From an uncultured Candidatus Rokubacteria bacterium (GTDB lineage Bacteria; Methylomirabilota; Methylomirabilia; Rokubacteriales; DASRDR01): a DNA stretch of 64,000 bases. This document shows positions 31,795 to 42,269 of this stretch, piece after piece. The stretch is from positions 160,001 through 224,000 of the forward strand of contig CAVPSB010000002.1 in NCBI GenBank assembly GCA_963708025.1. Direction: 5' to 3'. Position 1 is the first letter of the stretch. Each line of letters opens with the position of its first letter. The notes below the pieces were generated by a model. That model was not told the origin of the DNA, ran no database searches, and was given only the letters and a program-made list of their open reading frames with translations. Position numbers and translations under genes: made by a program.

Positions 31795-32976
31795 TCAGTC
31801 GGCCGGGGCCGGGCGGAGGCGGGCCGCCGGGAAGCGGTCGAGGCGGTAGCCCTCGATCGTGGGCACCAGCGTCGTCCGGCCGCTCGTGATCAGGTCCGCG
31901 ACGATGGCGCCGATGGCCGGCGAGGTCTGCACGCCGACCCCGCCGGCGCCGATCGCCTGGTAGAAGCCCGGCAGTCCGGGCGTCTCCCCGATGATGGGCT
32001 CCGAGTCGGGCGTCAGGGGGTACAGGCCGGCCCACCCGCCCTGGACCGTGAAGCGGCCGGCGGCCGGATAGCGAGCGGACAGGAGCTCCGACACCCGGGC
32101 GGCGTAGTCCCAGTCGGAATCCAGGCGGAAGGCGTCCGCGATCTCCGGGCGCTCCCAGTCGCCGTGCCCTTCCCAGTGGAGCCCCGCGATGAGGCGGCGC
32201 GGGGTGTCGTCCCGGAAGTAGAGGCCCTCGCGCTCGATCCCCGGCACGTAGTCCATGGTCATGGGGACGGGCCGCGCGAAGGGCTCGGGGGGCTCGAAGA
32301 TGACGATCTGCCGCCGGTACCCGTCCACGGGCAGCTCGACGTCGGCCAGCCGGCCGATCGACCGGGCCCACGCCCCCGCCGCGTTGACCACGGTCTCGCA
32401 GGCGATCTCCTCGTCGCCACAGACCACGCCGGCGACCCGGCCGCTCCGGACCCGGATGCCGGTCACGCGGCGTCCCAGCCAGGCCTGGCCGCCGCCCTCC
32501 CTGCCGAGCTGCACGAACAGCTCGCACAGCCGGACGGGGTCGATGTACCCGTCGGAGGGGCCGAACAGGGCGCCGGCGAGATCCTCGACATGGAGGTCCG
32601 GCACCTGCCGCCGGACATCCGCGCGATCGAGGACGAGGGCATCGGCGACGCCGTACTCGCGCTGTATCTCGACGCTCCGCTGGAAGCGACCGAGGTCCTC
32701 CGCCGAGTGGCCGAGCCGCATGTACCCGTGGTGCACGAACGGCAGGCCGTGGTCCCGCTCGAAGCGCCGGAACAGCGCCATCGACCGGCCGCACAGCGCG
32801 ATCTTTTCCGGGGCGAGATACTGGGTCTCCGCGACCGCCGCCGAGCGGCCGGAGGACCCGGCGGCGAGCCCGGCCTGCTCCACGAGGACGACGTCCCGGA
32901 GCCCCCGCTGAACCAGATGATAGAAGCAGCTCGTCCCGATGGCTCCGCCGCCGATCACGACCGCGCTGGCGTGCAT
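31795..32976 (-). CDS. FAD-dependent oxidoreductase (DAO/sarcosine oxidase beta family)
   Basis: VIGGGAIG, VVNAAGAW, WAGLYPLTPD..PIIG. Confidence 0.9.
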   Translation of the reverse strand: MHASAVVIGGGAIGTSCFYHLVQRGLRDVVLVEQAGLAAGSSGRSAAVAETQYLAPEKIALCGRSMALFRRFERDHGLPFVHHGYMRLGHSAEDLGRFQRSVEIQREYGVADALVLDRADVRRQVPDLHVEDLAGALFGPSDGYIDPVRLCELFVQLGREGGGQAWLGRRVTGIRVRSGRVAGVVCGDEEIACETVVNAAGAWARSIGRLADVELPVDGYRRQIVIFEPPEPFARPVPMTMDYVPGIEREGLYFRDDTPRRLIAGLHWEGHGDWERPEIADAFRLDSDWDYAARVSELLSARYPAAGRFTVQGGWAGLYPLTPDSEPIIGETPGLPGFYQAIGAGGVGVQTSPAIGAIVADLITSGRTTLVPTIEGYRLDRFPAARLRPAPAD

Positions 32977-32995
32977 ACCTTCTCCCGGGCCCCGG

Positions 32996-33832
32996 CTAGG
33001 GCGATGCCGGCATGGTCAGGCCGTGCATCCCGCGGTAGTCGGAGGGCGACGGGGAGCGCCAGCCGTCCAGCAGGGTGGCGGCCGGCTGGTAGATCTCGAC
33101 GCCCAGCGGGCGGCAAACCGAGATGGGGTCTCCGGCATCCGGGCCCCAGATCGGAATGGAGAGATCGCCCCCCGGACAGGTCGAGATCGCGCAGAGCAGG
33201 TCGATCTCGGCGAAGAACTCGAAGAAGTCGCCTTTCCGCGCCGGACTGGCCTTCATGAAGTAGCGGTCGTCCACGAGGCCCGTGACCTGGAAGATGTTGA
33301 GGACGTCGTGGACGTCGAGCTCGGTGAGGCCGTAGGGGAGGATCGCGCGGGTCAGGTTCGAGTGGCAGTGGAGGTCGAAGTCCTGCCCGGTCAGGAGCTT
33401 GTTGACGTAGGGGTCGCAGCGGGTCCCCAGGAGATCGTGGCACCGCCCGCCGTCCGCATCGACCCCGTACTGGACGGTGTCGTTCGTGATCGTGAGCAGG
33501 GGACGCAGGTACGGGAGCGTCGACCACAATCGATCGAACGTCGTCACGTGGGCGCGGTGGAGCTGCTTGGTCCGGGCGGCCCAGAACCGCTCACGGGGGT
33601 TGTGGAGGCTCCAGCAGTTGAAGTCGGCGACCTGGGGGCCTTCCACCACGACGATCCGGCAGAGCTGGCCGGCCCTGACCGGCCACGCCCGGCCCGAGCG
33701 GATCGGCACGACGAACCGATCGACCGTCGTGCGCTGGTCGGTCTCCCGGGCCAGGCGTCCGTAGAACGCGCGGTCCGCTTCCAGGGGTCCACCCGGAGTC
33801 GTCGGCAGATAGGTCCAGAGGCTCGAGGACAT
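32996..33832 (-). CDS. DUF1989 / urea-carboxylase-associated family protein
   Basis: EGPQVADF, HDLLGTRCD, CHSNL, HDVLNIFQ, ISTCPGGD. Confidence 0.85.
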   Translation of the reverse strand: MSSSLWTYLPTTPGGPLEADRAFYGRLARETDQRTTVDRFVVPIRSGRAWPVRAGQLCRIVVVEGPQVADFNCWSLHNPRERFWAARTKQLHRAHVTTFDRLWSTLPYLRPLLTITNDTVQYGVDADGGRCHDLLGTRCDPYVNKLLTGQDFDLHCHSNLTRAILPYGLTELDVHDVLNIFQVTGLVDDRYFMKASPARKGDFFEFFAEIDLLCAISTCPGGDLSIPIWGPDAGDPISVCRPLGVEIYQPAATLLDGWRSPSPSDYRGMHGLTMPASP

Positions 33833-33873
33833 CGGTGGCTCCCTCATCTTCCGGCTCGCCCGGAGGTGGACTC

Positions 33874-33943
33874 AGCGTAGCCTCGGGGAACCAGAGGGTC
33901 AAGGCGTGGTCCGCTTGACCCGCGCTCTCCCGCTCACTATGCT
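33874..33943. promoter_or_regulatory. Back-to-back sigma70 promoters: (-) TTGACC-N17-TACGCT and (+) TTGACC-N17-TATGCT
   Basis: GGTCAA at 33897-33902 and TTGACC at 33915-33920, each with a 17-nt spacer to a -10-like hexamer. Confidence 0.65.
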
Positions 33944-33979
33944 GGCTTCCACGCGCGATCGATGCAGGAGGACAACGCC

Positions 33980-34711
33980 ATGGACAAGTGGAACGTCGGC
34001 ATCCTGATCTTCGACGACGTCGAGATCCTCGACTTCGCCGGCCCCTACGAGGTCTTCTCGCGGACCCGCCTCGTGGCCGGTCCGGAATCGCGGCGCTCGG
34101 AGGACAGCGCGCCGTTCCACGTCTTCACCGTGGCCCGGACGGCGGCGCCGATCGTCACGACCGGCGGCCTCCGGGTCGAGCCCCACCACGGGTTCGCCGA
34201 CGCGCCGCCGATCGACCTGCTCGTCGTTCCGGGCGGGTGGGGGACCCGCCGGCTGATGCAGGATGCCGAGATGCTGGGGTGGATCGACCGGGTGGCAGCC
34301 CGGGCCCGCAAGGTCACCTCCGTGTGCACCGGCTCGCTCCTCCTGGCCCGGACCGGTCGACTGCAGGGGCGGCACGCGACCACCCACTGGGGGGCGCTCG
34401 ACACCCTCGCCTCGCTCCAGGAGGGCGTGACCGTCGAGCGCGAGCATCGCGTGGTCGACGACGGCATCATCACCTCGGCCGGGGTGGCGTCGGGGATCGA
34501 CATGGCCTTCTACGTCGTCGAGAGTCTGTTCGGCCCCGACGTCGCCGACGACACCGCCCACTACATCGAGTATCGCCGCGACGCCAAGCCGGCCCTCCGC
34601 GTTGAGAGGTCGACCGGCCCAGGAAGCCGACACCGCGGCTGTGGCATCAACCAGGTCGCGCGCCAGAGCCCGGAGGCCATACGCGAGTTCGGGAGGTCGC
34701 GAGCCCGGTGA
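33980..34711 (+). CDS. DJ-1/PfpI family protein
   Basis: LDFAGPYEV, VPGG, SVCTGS, ATTHW, TSAGVASGID; RBS AGGAGG. Confidence 0.9.
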   Translation: MDKWNVGILIFDDVEILDFAGPYEVFSRTRLVAGPESRRSEDSAPFHVFTVARTAAPIVTTGGLRVEPHHGFADAPPIDLLVVPGGWGTRRLMQDAEMLGWIDRVAARARKVTSVCTGSLLLARTGRLQGRHATTHWGALDTLASLQEGVTVEREHRVVDDGIITSAGVASGIDMAFYVVESLFGPDVADDTAHYIEYRRDAKPALRVERSTGPGSRHRGCGINQVARQSPEAIREFGRSRAR

Positions 34712-34717
34712 TGCGGA

Positions 34718-35279
34718 ATGGCGGACTCAAGGCTCGAGGCGTCGGCAAGGGCGGTGCGGGCGGTGGAACGTTGGAGGCTACGCCCTGCGGCTGTTTTATC
34801 GGTTCGTTGCGGCTGGTTTCGGCAGTCTTCGGCGCGGTGGGCACTCCTGCCTAGTTTTGGTTGTCGTTCTTCACGGTGTTCCTTACGAGCCTCGCGGTTG
34901 TCCCATCTCTCTGTTCGCTCTTCGCATCCGTCGGCGCTGTTTGGTTCCTTCGCAGATCGCCTGCCGTTGAATGGGACGAGGCGGGCCTGACCCTGGGGTT
35001 TCTGTTCCACACGGAAAGGGTGAGGTGGGACGAGATCGAGTCGTTTCAGCCGTCCGACGTGGATCCGGCAGGCGAGGATGGAGGGCCGACGCCGGAACGG
35101 TCTGGACCGTCATCACCTACACGCGCTCTGGCGATGCCCGGCGACCGCCGTATAAAGCGATCCTCGCGCTCCCCGGGGTAATCGAGAACTTTCTTCGTGT
35201 CCCGGACGAGTGGATCACCGTCTTGGATCGGCGGGTCCCACAGCGGAACCGAACACCTGGCAGAGCGAGGATGGAATAG
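34718..35279 (+). pseudogene. Degenerate, lower-GC membrane-protein gene
   Basis: Hydrophobic segments and VEWDEAGLTL...VRWDEIESF are spread over three frames; visibly T-richer composition. Confidence 0.4.
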
Positions 35280-35576
35280 AGACGAGGCCCTGCGCAGGCG
35301 GAGGCGAGGCGCACGGCCGTGATGTCTCACGACTGGGCTGAGCCGGGCGCCGCTGGGCTAGCCCGCGCCCCGCCGCTTTCTGACCGCCGCCCGCTTCCGC
35401 TCGTCCAGCCGGGTGATGGCCGCCGCGGGCCGGGCGGGCGGCGGCTCCGCCCGCCTGGAGGGTGTCGGCGGGGATCCGGCACCCCCCACCTGTGCGAATC
35501 GAGATCTCCGCGCCCCCCCGAGAGAGGAGGGGCGGGCCACCCACGGCATTCCACATACCCCGAACCGCCTCGCCGG

Positions 35577-35605
35577 TTGACGGCCTCGCCGAACGTTGCT
35601 ACCGT
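35577..35605 (+). promoter_or_regulatory. Candidate sigma70 promoter TTGACG-N17-TACCGT
   Basis: Upstream of the SMP-30 gene. Confidence 0.4.
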
Positions 35606-35690
35606 TTGCGGCGCGGGCGGCGGGGGGGCTGTGGTCGCCTGGCAGCGCACGTCTTCGTTCTCGCCCATCCCTTTCTGAGGAGGACCAGTC

Positions 35691-36923
35691 ATGACGCGAG
35701 AAGCGTCCGATCCCGAGAACGGCCGCCACATGTCGCGGCGGGCAGTCATCACGGCCATGGGGGCGATCGCCGGCGCCGCGGTGCTCGCGCCCCGTATCGC
35801 CGCCGCCCAGCCCCCGGGCGGACCCGTCGCGCCGCCGAGCACCGTCACCAGCCCCCCGCGCGACTTCGGCCCCGGCGGGGCGCCCACCACCTACTTCTGG
35901 GACCCGGACATCATCGCCGTCGACCCGATGTTCGAGGGCCTGGCCCAGCCCAACAGCGCGATCAGGCGCCTGTGGACCGGCGCGCTCTGGTCGGAGGGGC
36001 CGGCCTGGAGCAGCCAGGGCCGCTACCTGGTGTGGAGCGACATCCCCAACAACCGGCAGCTCCGCTGGCTGGAAGACGACGGCGGCGTGAGCGTCTTCCG
36101 CATGCCGTCGAACAACAGCAACGGCAACACCTTCGACTTCCAGGGCCGTCAGCTCTCCTGCGAGCACCTCACCCGGCGCGTCGTCCGCTACGAGAACGAC
36201 GGCTCGATCACCGTCATCGCGGACGCCTACAACGGCAAGCGGCTCAACTCCCCGAACGACGTCGTCCCCCACCCGGACGGGAGCTACTGGTTCACCGACC
36301 CGCCCTACGGCGGGCAGCTCTACGAGGGGGCGCCGGACGCGGCCGGCGGGCCGAGCAACGCGGCGGGCCGGCTCAAGCCGCGGCTGGGCCAGGCCGCCGA
36401 GATCGGCGGCGCCAAGCGGGAGCTGCCGACGGCCGTGTATCGCGTGGATCCGAGTGGTCGCGTGGACATGGTCGCGGACGAGAGCCAGACCCCGGATCCG
36501 AACGGGCTCACGTTCTCGCCCGACTACAAGAAGCTGTACGTCGTCACCACCGGCAAGGGGCCGGGCGACACCGGGCCGGGCGGCAAGGGTGAGATGTTCG
36601 TCTTCGATGTCGGGTCCGACAACAAGCTCTCCGGCTACAAGCTCTTCAGCGACTTCATGGTCGACGGGGTGAAGTGCGGGCCGGACGGCGTGCGGAGCGA
36701 CGTCGACGGCAACCTGTGGTGCTCGAGCAACGCCGGCCGGGCCGTCGGCTACAGCGGCGTGACGGTGTGGACGCCGGAGGGCAAGCTCGTCGGGCGCATC
36801 CGGCTCCCGGAGATCTGCGGCAACGTCTGCTTCGGCGGCCCCAAGCGCAACCGCCTGTTCATGGCCGCCAGCCAGTCGCTGTACGCGGTGTACCTCAACA
36901 CCCAGGGAGCGGCCCCGGGCTAG
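35691..36923 (+). CDS. Tat-exported SMP-30/gluconolactonase family protein
   Basis: SRRAVI twin-arginine-like signal; WSEGPAW, LNSPND, PNGL.FSPD, PDG. Confidence 0.9.
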   Translation: MTREASDPENGRHMSRRAVITAMGAIAGAAVLAPRIAAAQPPGGPVAPPSTVTSPPRDFGPGGAPTTYFWDPDIIAVDPMFEGLAQPNSAIRRLWTGALWSEGPAWSSQGRYLVWSDIPNNRQLRWLEDDGGVSVFRMPSNNSNGNTFDFQGRQLSCEHLTRRVVRYENDGSITVIADAYNGKRLNSPNDVVPHPDGSYWFTDPPYGGQLYEGAPDAAGGPSNAAGRLKPRLGQAAEIGGAKRELPTAVYRVDPSGRVDMVADESQTPDPNGLTFSPDYKKLYVVTTGKGPGDTGPGGKGEMFVFDVGSDNKLSGYKLFSDFMVDGVKCGPDGVRSDVDGNLWCSSNAGRAVGYSGVTVWTPEGKLVGRIRLPEICGNVCFGGPKRNRLFMAASQSLYAVYLNTQGAAPG

Positions 36924-37044
36924 GCGCAGGTCCGCCCACGAGAGGTCCGGGAGGGGGCGTCGCCCCCCCCCCCGGGACTTCACCGACCGCCGGCGACGGC
37001 GCCCCGGCCGGGGCTCACCCGGGGAAGGGGCGGGAAGGAATCCC

Positions 37045-38505
37045 ATGGCCGACCAGCACCGCATGTTCATCGACGGGCAGTGGGTGGAAGGCCAGTCCGG
37101 CCGGACCTTCGCCGTGAGGGATCCGGCCACCGGCGAGGCGATCGCCGAGGTGGCCGACGGCGGCGCCGCCGAGGCGACCCGGGCGGTCGAGGCCGCCGCT
37201 CGGGCGCTCCCGGCCTGGGCGGCGACGCCGGCCCGCGAGCGCGCCCCCGTCCTCCACCGGATCCAGGCCCTCATGGAGGCGCGGCGGGACGACCTGGCCC
37301 GCCTGGTGACGCGCGAGAACGGCAAGCCCTTCGAGGAGGCGCGGCGGGAGGTCGCCTTCGCCCTGGGCTACTTCGGCTGGTTCGCCGAGGAGGCGCGGCG
37401 TGCGTACGGGGACCTCGTGCCCTCGCCGTTCCGGGACAAGCGGCTCTGGGTCGTCCACCAGCCGGTCGGCGTGGTGGCCGCCATCACGCCGTGGAACTTC
37501 CCGGCGACGATGGTGACCCGCAAGATCGCTCCCGCCCTCGCGGCGGGCTGCCCGGTGGTCCTCAAGCCGGCCTCGGCCACGCCGCTGACGGCCCTGGCCC
37601 TGGCCGAGATCACCGCCGAGGCGGGGCTCCCGGCCGGCGTCTTCAACGTCGTGACCGGCGCCAAGTCCCGTCCGATCGGCGACGCCCTGGTCGGTCACCC
37701 GCTGGTCCGGAAGATCGCCTTCACCGGCTCGACCGACGTCGGGAAGCAGCTCATGCAGGCGGCGGCGCGCTCCCTCAAGCGCGTGTCGTTCGAGCTGGGC
37801 GGCAACGCGCCGTTCGTCGTCTTCGACGACGCCGACCTGGACGCGGCCGTCGAGGGCGCGGTGGCCATCAAGTATCTGCGGGTCGGCGGCCAGTCGTGTA
37901 TCTGCGCGAACCGGATCTTCGTCCAGGACACCATCGCCGAGCGCTTCATCCCGCGCTTCGTGGAGGCGGTGCGGGCGCTCCGGGTGGGGCCGGGGTTCGA
38001 GCCCGGGGTGGTCGTTGGCCCCCTCATCAACGAAGAGACGCGCAAGCACGTCCACGGCCTCGTCGAGGACGCGGTGGCCCGGGGGGCGCGGGTGGCGCTG
38101 GGCGGCGGGGCGCTGAGCGAGGGGCCGCTGGCCCGGGGCTACTTTTACGCGCCCACCGTGCTCCTGGACGTCCGGGACGAGATGCGGGTCTGCCGGGAGG
38201 AGATCTTCGGCCCGGTGGCGCCGGTGCTGACGTTCGCGAGCGAGGCCGAGCTGATTGCCCGGGCCAACGACACCCAGTACGGGCTGGCGGCGTACCTCTA
38301 CGCCCGCGACCTCGGCCGGGTCACGCGCGTGGCCGAGGCCCTCCAGTACGGGCTGATCGGGGTCAATGACGCCGCCGGGTACACCCACGAGATCCCCTTC
38401 GGCGGGTTCAAGGAGTCCGGCATCGGCCGGGAAGGTGGGCGGGAGGGCATCCACGAGTACACGGAGGTCAAGTCGGTCGTGGTGAACCTGCCGGCGCCCC
38501 GGTAG
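37045..38505 (+). CDS. gabD: NAD(P)-dependent succinate-semialdehyde dehydrogenase-like aldehyde dehydrogenase
   Basis: ITPWNFP, FTGST, ELGGNAP, GQSCIC, EEIFGP, PFGGFKESG. Confidence 0.85.
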   Translation: MADQHRMFIDGQWVEGQSGRTFAVRDPATGEAIAEVADGGAAEATRAVEAAARALPAWAATPARERAPVLHRIQALMEARRDDLARLVTRENGKPFEEARREVAFALGYFGWFAEEARRAYGDLVPSPFRDKRLWVVHQPVGVVAAITPWNFPATMVTRKIAPALAAGCPVVLKPASATPLTALALAEITAEAGLPAGVFNVVTGAKSRPIGDALVGHPLVRKIAFTGSTDVGKQLMQAAARSLKRVSFELGGNAPFVVFDDADLDAAVEGAVAIKYLRVGGQSCICANRIFVQDTIAERFIPRFVEAVRALRVGPGFEPGVVVGPLINEETRKHVHGLVEDAVARGARVALGGGALSEGPLARGYFYAPTVLLDVRDEMRVCREEIFGPVAPVLTFASEAELIARANDTQYGLAAYLYARDLGRVTRVAEALQYGLIGVNDAAGYTHEIPFGGFKESGIGREGGREGIHEYTEVKSVVVNLPAPR

Positions 38506-38512
38506 ATCCTTC

Positions 38513-38665
38513 GGGGGGGTCTCGGAAGACCCCCCCGATGCCCCCCCGTCGTGGCGGCGGCTGTTGGACGGCCTTCGGCCTTTGGGCCGCCGCCCGGACG
38601 CTCTTCGTGGCTCACGTCGCACTGCAGCGACACCACCTGCTCCGATGAGCTCCCAGGGCGGCTCG
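38513..38665. repeat. Composite element: family B hairpin, GGCCTTCGGCC hairpin and family D motif
   Basis: GGGGGGGTCTCGGAAGACCCCCCC at 38513; GCTCTTCGTGGCTCACGTCGCAC at 38600 matches 45934 at 22/23. Lies between convergent gabD and lon. Confidence 0.7.
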
Positions 38666-38671
38666 CGCGCC

Positions 38672-41131
38672 TCACCGCGCGACCGGGCGCACCTCGGCGG
38701 CGGCGGGGGTGAGGGCGTGGCGCAGGACCTCGGCGGCGTCGTCCACGAAGACGAAGGCGAGCTGCCGGCGCAGCTCCTCCGGGACGTCCTCGACGTCCCG
38801 CTCGTTCCGCCCCGGCAGGATCACGGCCCGGATACCGGCCCGGTGCGCGGCCAGGACCTTCTCCTTGATCCCCCCGACCGGCAGCACCTTGCCGCGGAGC
38901 GTGATCTCCCCGGTCATGGCCACGTCGCTCCGCACCGGCCGCCCGGTGGCGAGCGAGGCCAGCGCCGTCATGATGGTCACCCCGGCCGAGGGCCCGTCCT
39001 TGGGGATGGCTCCGGCCGGCACGTGCACGTGGATGGTCTTGCCCTCGAAGAGCTTGGGATCGATGTCGAGCGCCTCGGCGTTGGACCGGACGTAGGAGAC
39101 GGCGGCCTGCGCGCTCTCGCGCATGACGTCGCCGAGCATCCCGGTGAGGAGGAGCCGCTCCTCGGTGCTCGGCATCATGGTGACCTCGACGAACAGGACG
39201 TCGCCCGCCGGTGGGCGTCCAGGCCAGGCCGGTGGCGACACCCGGGCGGGTGGTCCGCTCGGCCACCTCGTCGAAGAACCGCGGCCGGCCGAGGTACTCG
39301 GCCAGGTTGTCGGCGGTGATCCGGACCGGCTCCGCGCTGGCCCTCGGCCAGCCGGCGGGCGACCTTCCGGGCGACGGCGGCGATCTCCCGCTCGAGGTTC
39401 CGCACGCCGGCCTCGCGGGTGTACCCCCGCACGATCTGGCGGAGGGCGTCGGGCTCGAAGGACAGCTCGTCCGTCGCCAGCCCGTGGGCGGCGAGCTGCT
39501 TGGGGATCAGGTACTCTCGCGCGATCCCGATCTTCTCCTCGTCGGTGTACCCGGACAGCGTCAGGATCTCCATCCGGTCACGCAGCGGCCCCGGGATGGT
39601 GTCGAGCGTGTTGGCGGTGGCGATGAACAGCACCTGCGACAGGTCGAAGGCCACCCCGAGGTAGTTGTCGACGAAGGTGTGGTTCTGGGCCGGATCCAGC
39701 ACCTCCAGGAGCGCGGAGGAGGGATCGCCCCGCCAGTCCGCCCCGATCTTGTCGATCTCGTCGAGCATGAAGACGGGATCCCGGGTCTCGGCCCGCCGGA
39801 GCCCCTGGACGATGCGGCCGGGCATCGCGCCGATGTAGGTCCGCCGGTGCCCCCGGATCTCGGCCTCGTCCCGCACACCGCCCAGCGACATGCGGACGAA
39901 CCGCCGGCCCAGGGCCCGGGCGATGCTCTGGCCGAGGCTGGTCTTGCCCACGCCGGGCGGGCCCACGAAGCACAGGATCGGCTCCCGGGCCGGCGTGTCG
40001 CCGGTCACGCGCGGCGGCTCGGCCGGCACCGGGGCCTGGCCGGCGGTGGACGGTTTCGCCTGGCCCGCGCGCTCCTGGCGGAGCTTCTTGACGGCCAGGT
40101 ACTCGAGGATGCGATCCTTGATCTTCTCCAGGTCGAAGTGGTCCTCGTCCAGCACCTGGCGGGCCCGGCGGATGTCGATGGTCCCGCCGCTCAGCCTGCT
40201 CCAGGGCAGGCTCGCCATCCACTCGAGATACGTGTGGATCATGCCGTGCTCCGGCGAGGACGGGGGGATGCCCGCCAGCCGGCTCAGCTCGCGCTCCGCC
40301 TCCCGCCGGGCCTCGTCGGGCAGGCCCGCCTCCTCGATCCGGCGCCGCAGCTCGGCGACGTCGCCCTCGCCCCCTCCGTCCTCCCCGAGCTCCTGCTGGA
40401 TGGAGCGGAGCTGCTCGCGCAGGTAGTACTCGCGCTGCTTCTTGGAGAGCCGCTCCTCGGTGTCGGTCGTGATCTTCCGGCCCAGCTCGCGCACGGCGAG
40501 CTCGCGCTGCAGCAGGTCGATCAGTCGGCGGAGCTTGGCCGGGACCGGGTCCAGCTCGAGGAGCTCCTGCCGCGCCGCCATGTCGAGGGGGACCACCGAG
40601 GCGACGAAGTAGACGACGTGGCGGGGATCGGTGACGTTCTCCACGGCGGCCGCCAGCTCGTCGGGCAGCTCCGGGGACACCGCCACCAGCCGGCGGAAGA
40701 TGTCCACCACCGCCCGCCGCAGCGCGTCCACTTCCGTCGCCGGGGCCGTCAGCTCCCGGGCCACCTCGACCCGCGCGACCAGGTACGGCTCCGTACCCGA
40801 CCAGGTCCAGCAGCCGGACCCGTTCGATGCCCTGGACCATCAGGCGCACGCTGCCGTCGGGAACCCGGGCGAGCTGGTGGATCATGCCCACGGTGCCCAC
40901 CCGGTGGAGCTCGGCCAGCGTGGCCGGCTCCGCCTTCGGGTCACGCTGCGCCACCAGCGCCAGGAGCCGGTTGCCGCGCATGACGTCGTCGACGAGCCGG
41001 ACGGAGCGCGGCTGTCCCACCGCGAGCGGGACGGCCGTCAGCGGGAAGACGACCGCGTCCCGGAGCGGCAGGATCGGGAGCGCATCGGGAACGACGAAGT
41101 CGCCGGAGCCCGCAGCCGGCTGGACGGCCAT
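38672..41131 (-). CDS. lon: ATP-dependent Lon protease, frameshifts near 40795, 39335 and 39205
   Basis: LON N-domain [35 protein letters not shown] catalytic Ser, GGIKEK Lys. Confidence 0.92.
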
Positions 41132-41544
41132 CAGTCGGCCTCCCCCCGCTTCGGCAGCGTGATGCGGAGCAGGCCCCGCTCGTGGCGCACCTCGACCCGC
41201 TCGGGGTCCACGGACGCCCACAGGGGCACCTCGAGCTGGAAGGGCCCCTGGCGGATGCCGGCCTCCTGGTAGACGGTCCCGGCCTGGCAGGCGGGAAGCT
41301 GCCGGCGCCCCTCGACGACGAGCGCGTCGTCGAAGAGCTGGACCTCGAAGTCCTCCTCCCCGACCCCGGCCAGGTCCACGATGATCTCGATCGTGGTCGG
41401 GGTCTCGTACGCGTCCGCATCGGGCCGCCAGCGAGGCTGGACCAGGAGGCGCAGACGATCGCTCGACCAGACGTCGCCGAGCGGCCACGTGTGGCCGGAG
41501 CGCACCACCATCGCGTAGCGGTAACCCAAGCGTCGGTAGCGCAT
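41131..41544 (-). CDS. Hsp20/alpha-crystallin small heat-shock protein
   Basis: WRPDADAYET, VDLAGV, VEGRR, GLLRITLPK; stop overlaps the lon ATG. Confidence 0.88.
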   Translation of the reverse strand: MRYRRLGYRYAMVVRSGHTWPLGDVWSSDRLRLLVQPRWRPDADAYETPTTIEIIVDLAGVGEEDFEVQLFDDALVVEGRRQLPACQAGTVYQEAGIRQGPFQLEVPLWASVDPERVEVRHERGLLRITLPKRGEAD

Positions 41545-41721
41545 GGCCGGTGCCTCTCATTGTGCGCATCGAACGCCGTCGGGTCAATCCGGCGCGGGCG
41601 GCGGTCGTGGGTGGCCCGACGGGTCCCCCCTCGCGAGGGACCCCGCGGTGAGTTATCCTTGCGTCGGGCGCCCGGCCGGCGCGAACCCATCCGATGCGCC
41701 GCGGGCAGAAGGAGGCGAATC

Positions 41722-42201
41722 ATGGGTCTGCTCGATGAGCTTCTCGGCGGTCTGGCCCGAGGGGGCCTCGGTCAAGGGGTGGAACGGTCGCCGTCGCCGG
41801 CGGGCGGCGGAACGGCCACCGTGCTGATGGCGCTGCTGCCGGTCGTGCTGTCGATGCTCGCCAGCCGGCAGGGTGGCGGGTCGCCCGGCGCGGGAGCGGG
41901 CGGGCTCGGCGGACTGGGCGGGCTGCTCGATCAGCTCCGGCGCACGGGGTACGCGGAGCAGGCCGATTCGTGGGTCGGCACCGGCGACAATCTGCCGATT
42001 TCCCCCGACGTCATCTCGCAGGTGTTCGGCCGGGACGGCCTGTCGCGGATCGCCGCGCAGGCCGGGGTCACCGAGGACGAGGCCTCGGCGGGCCTGTCAC
42101 AGCTGCTGCCGAACGTCGTGGACCGGGTGACGCCACAGGGCCGGATGCCCGACTTCGATTCGCTCGTCGCCAGCGTCGACGACCTGCAGCGTCGGCTCTA
42201 G
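41722..42201 (+). CDS. YidB/DUF937 family protein
   Basis: MGLLDELLG, SWVGTGDNLPIS, LSQLLPNVVDRVTPQG. Confidence 0.85.
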   Translation: MGLLDELLGGLARGGLGQGVERSPSPAGGGTATVLMALLPVVLSMLASRQGGGSPGAGAGGLGGLGGLLDQLRRTGYAEQADSWVGTGDNLPISPDVISQVFGRDGLSRIAAQAGVTEDEASAGLSQLLPNVVDRVTPQGRMPDFDSLVASVDDLQRRL

Positions 42202-42269
42202 GCGCAGGAGGCGGCGGCCCGGGGATTCCGCCGCCACGGTCGGCACGAAGGCCGGGAAGGAGGAGAACA

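Noticed and set aside
33833-33900. Guanidine riboswitch upstream of the DUF1989 gene
   Set aside because: The leader is short and I see no paired ACGR-loop hairpins or other guanidine-class consensus.
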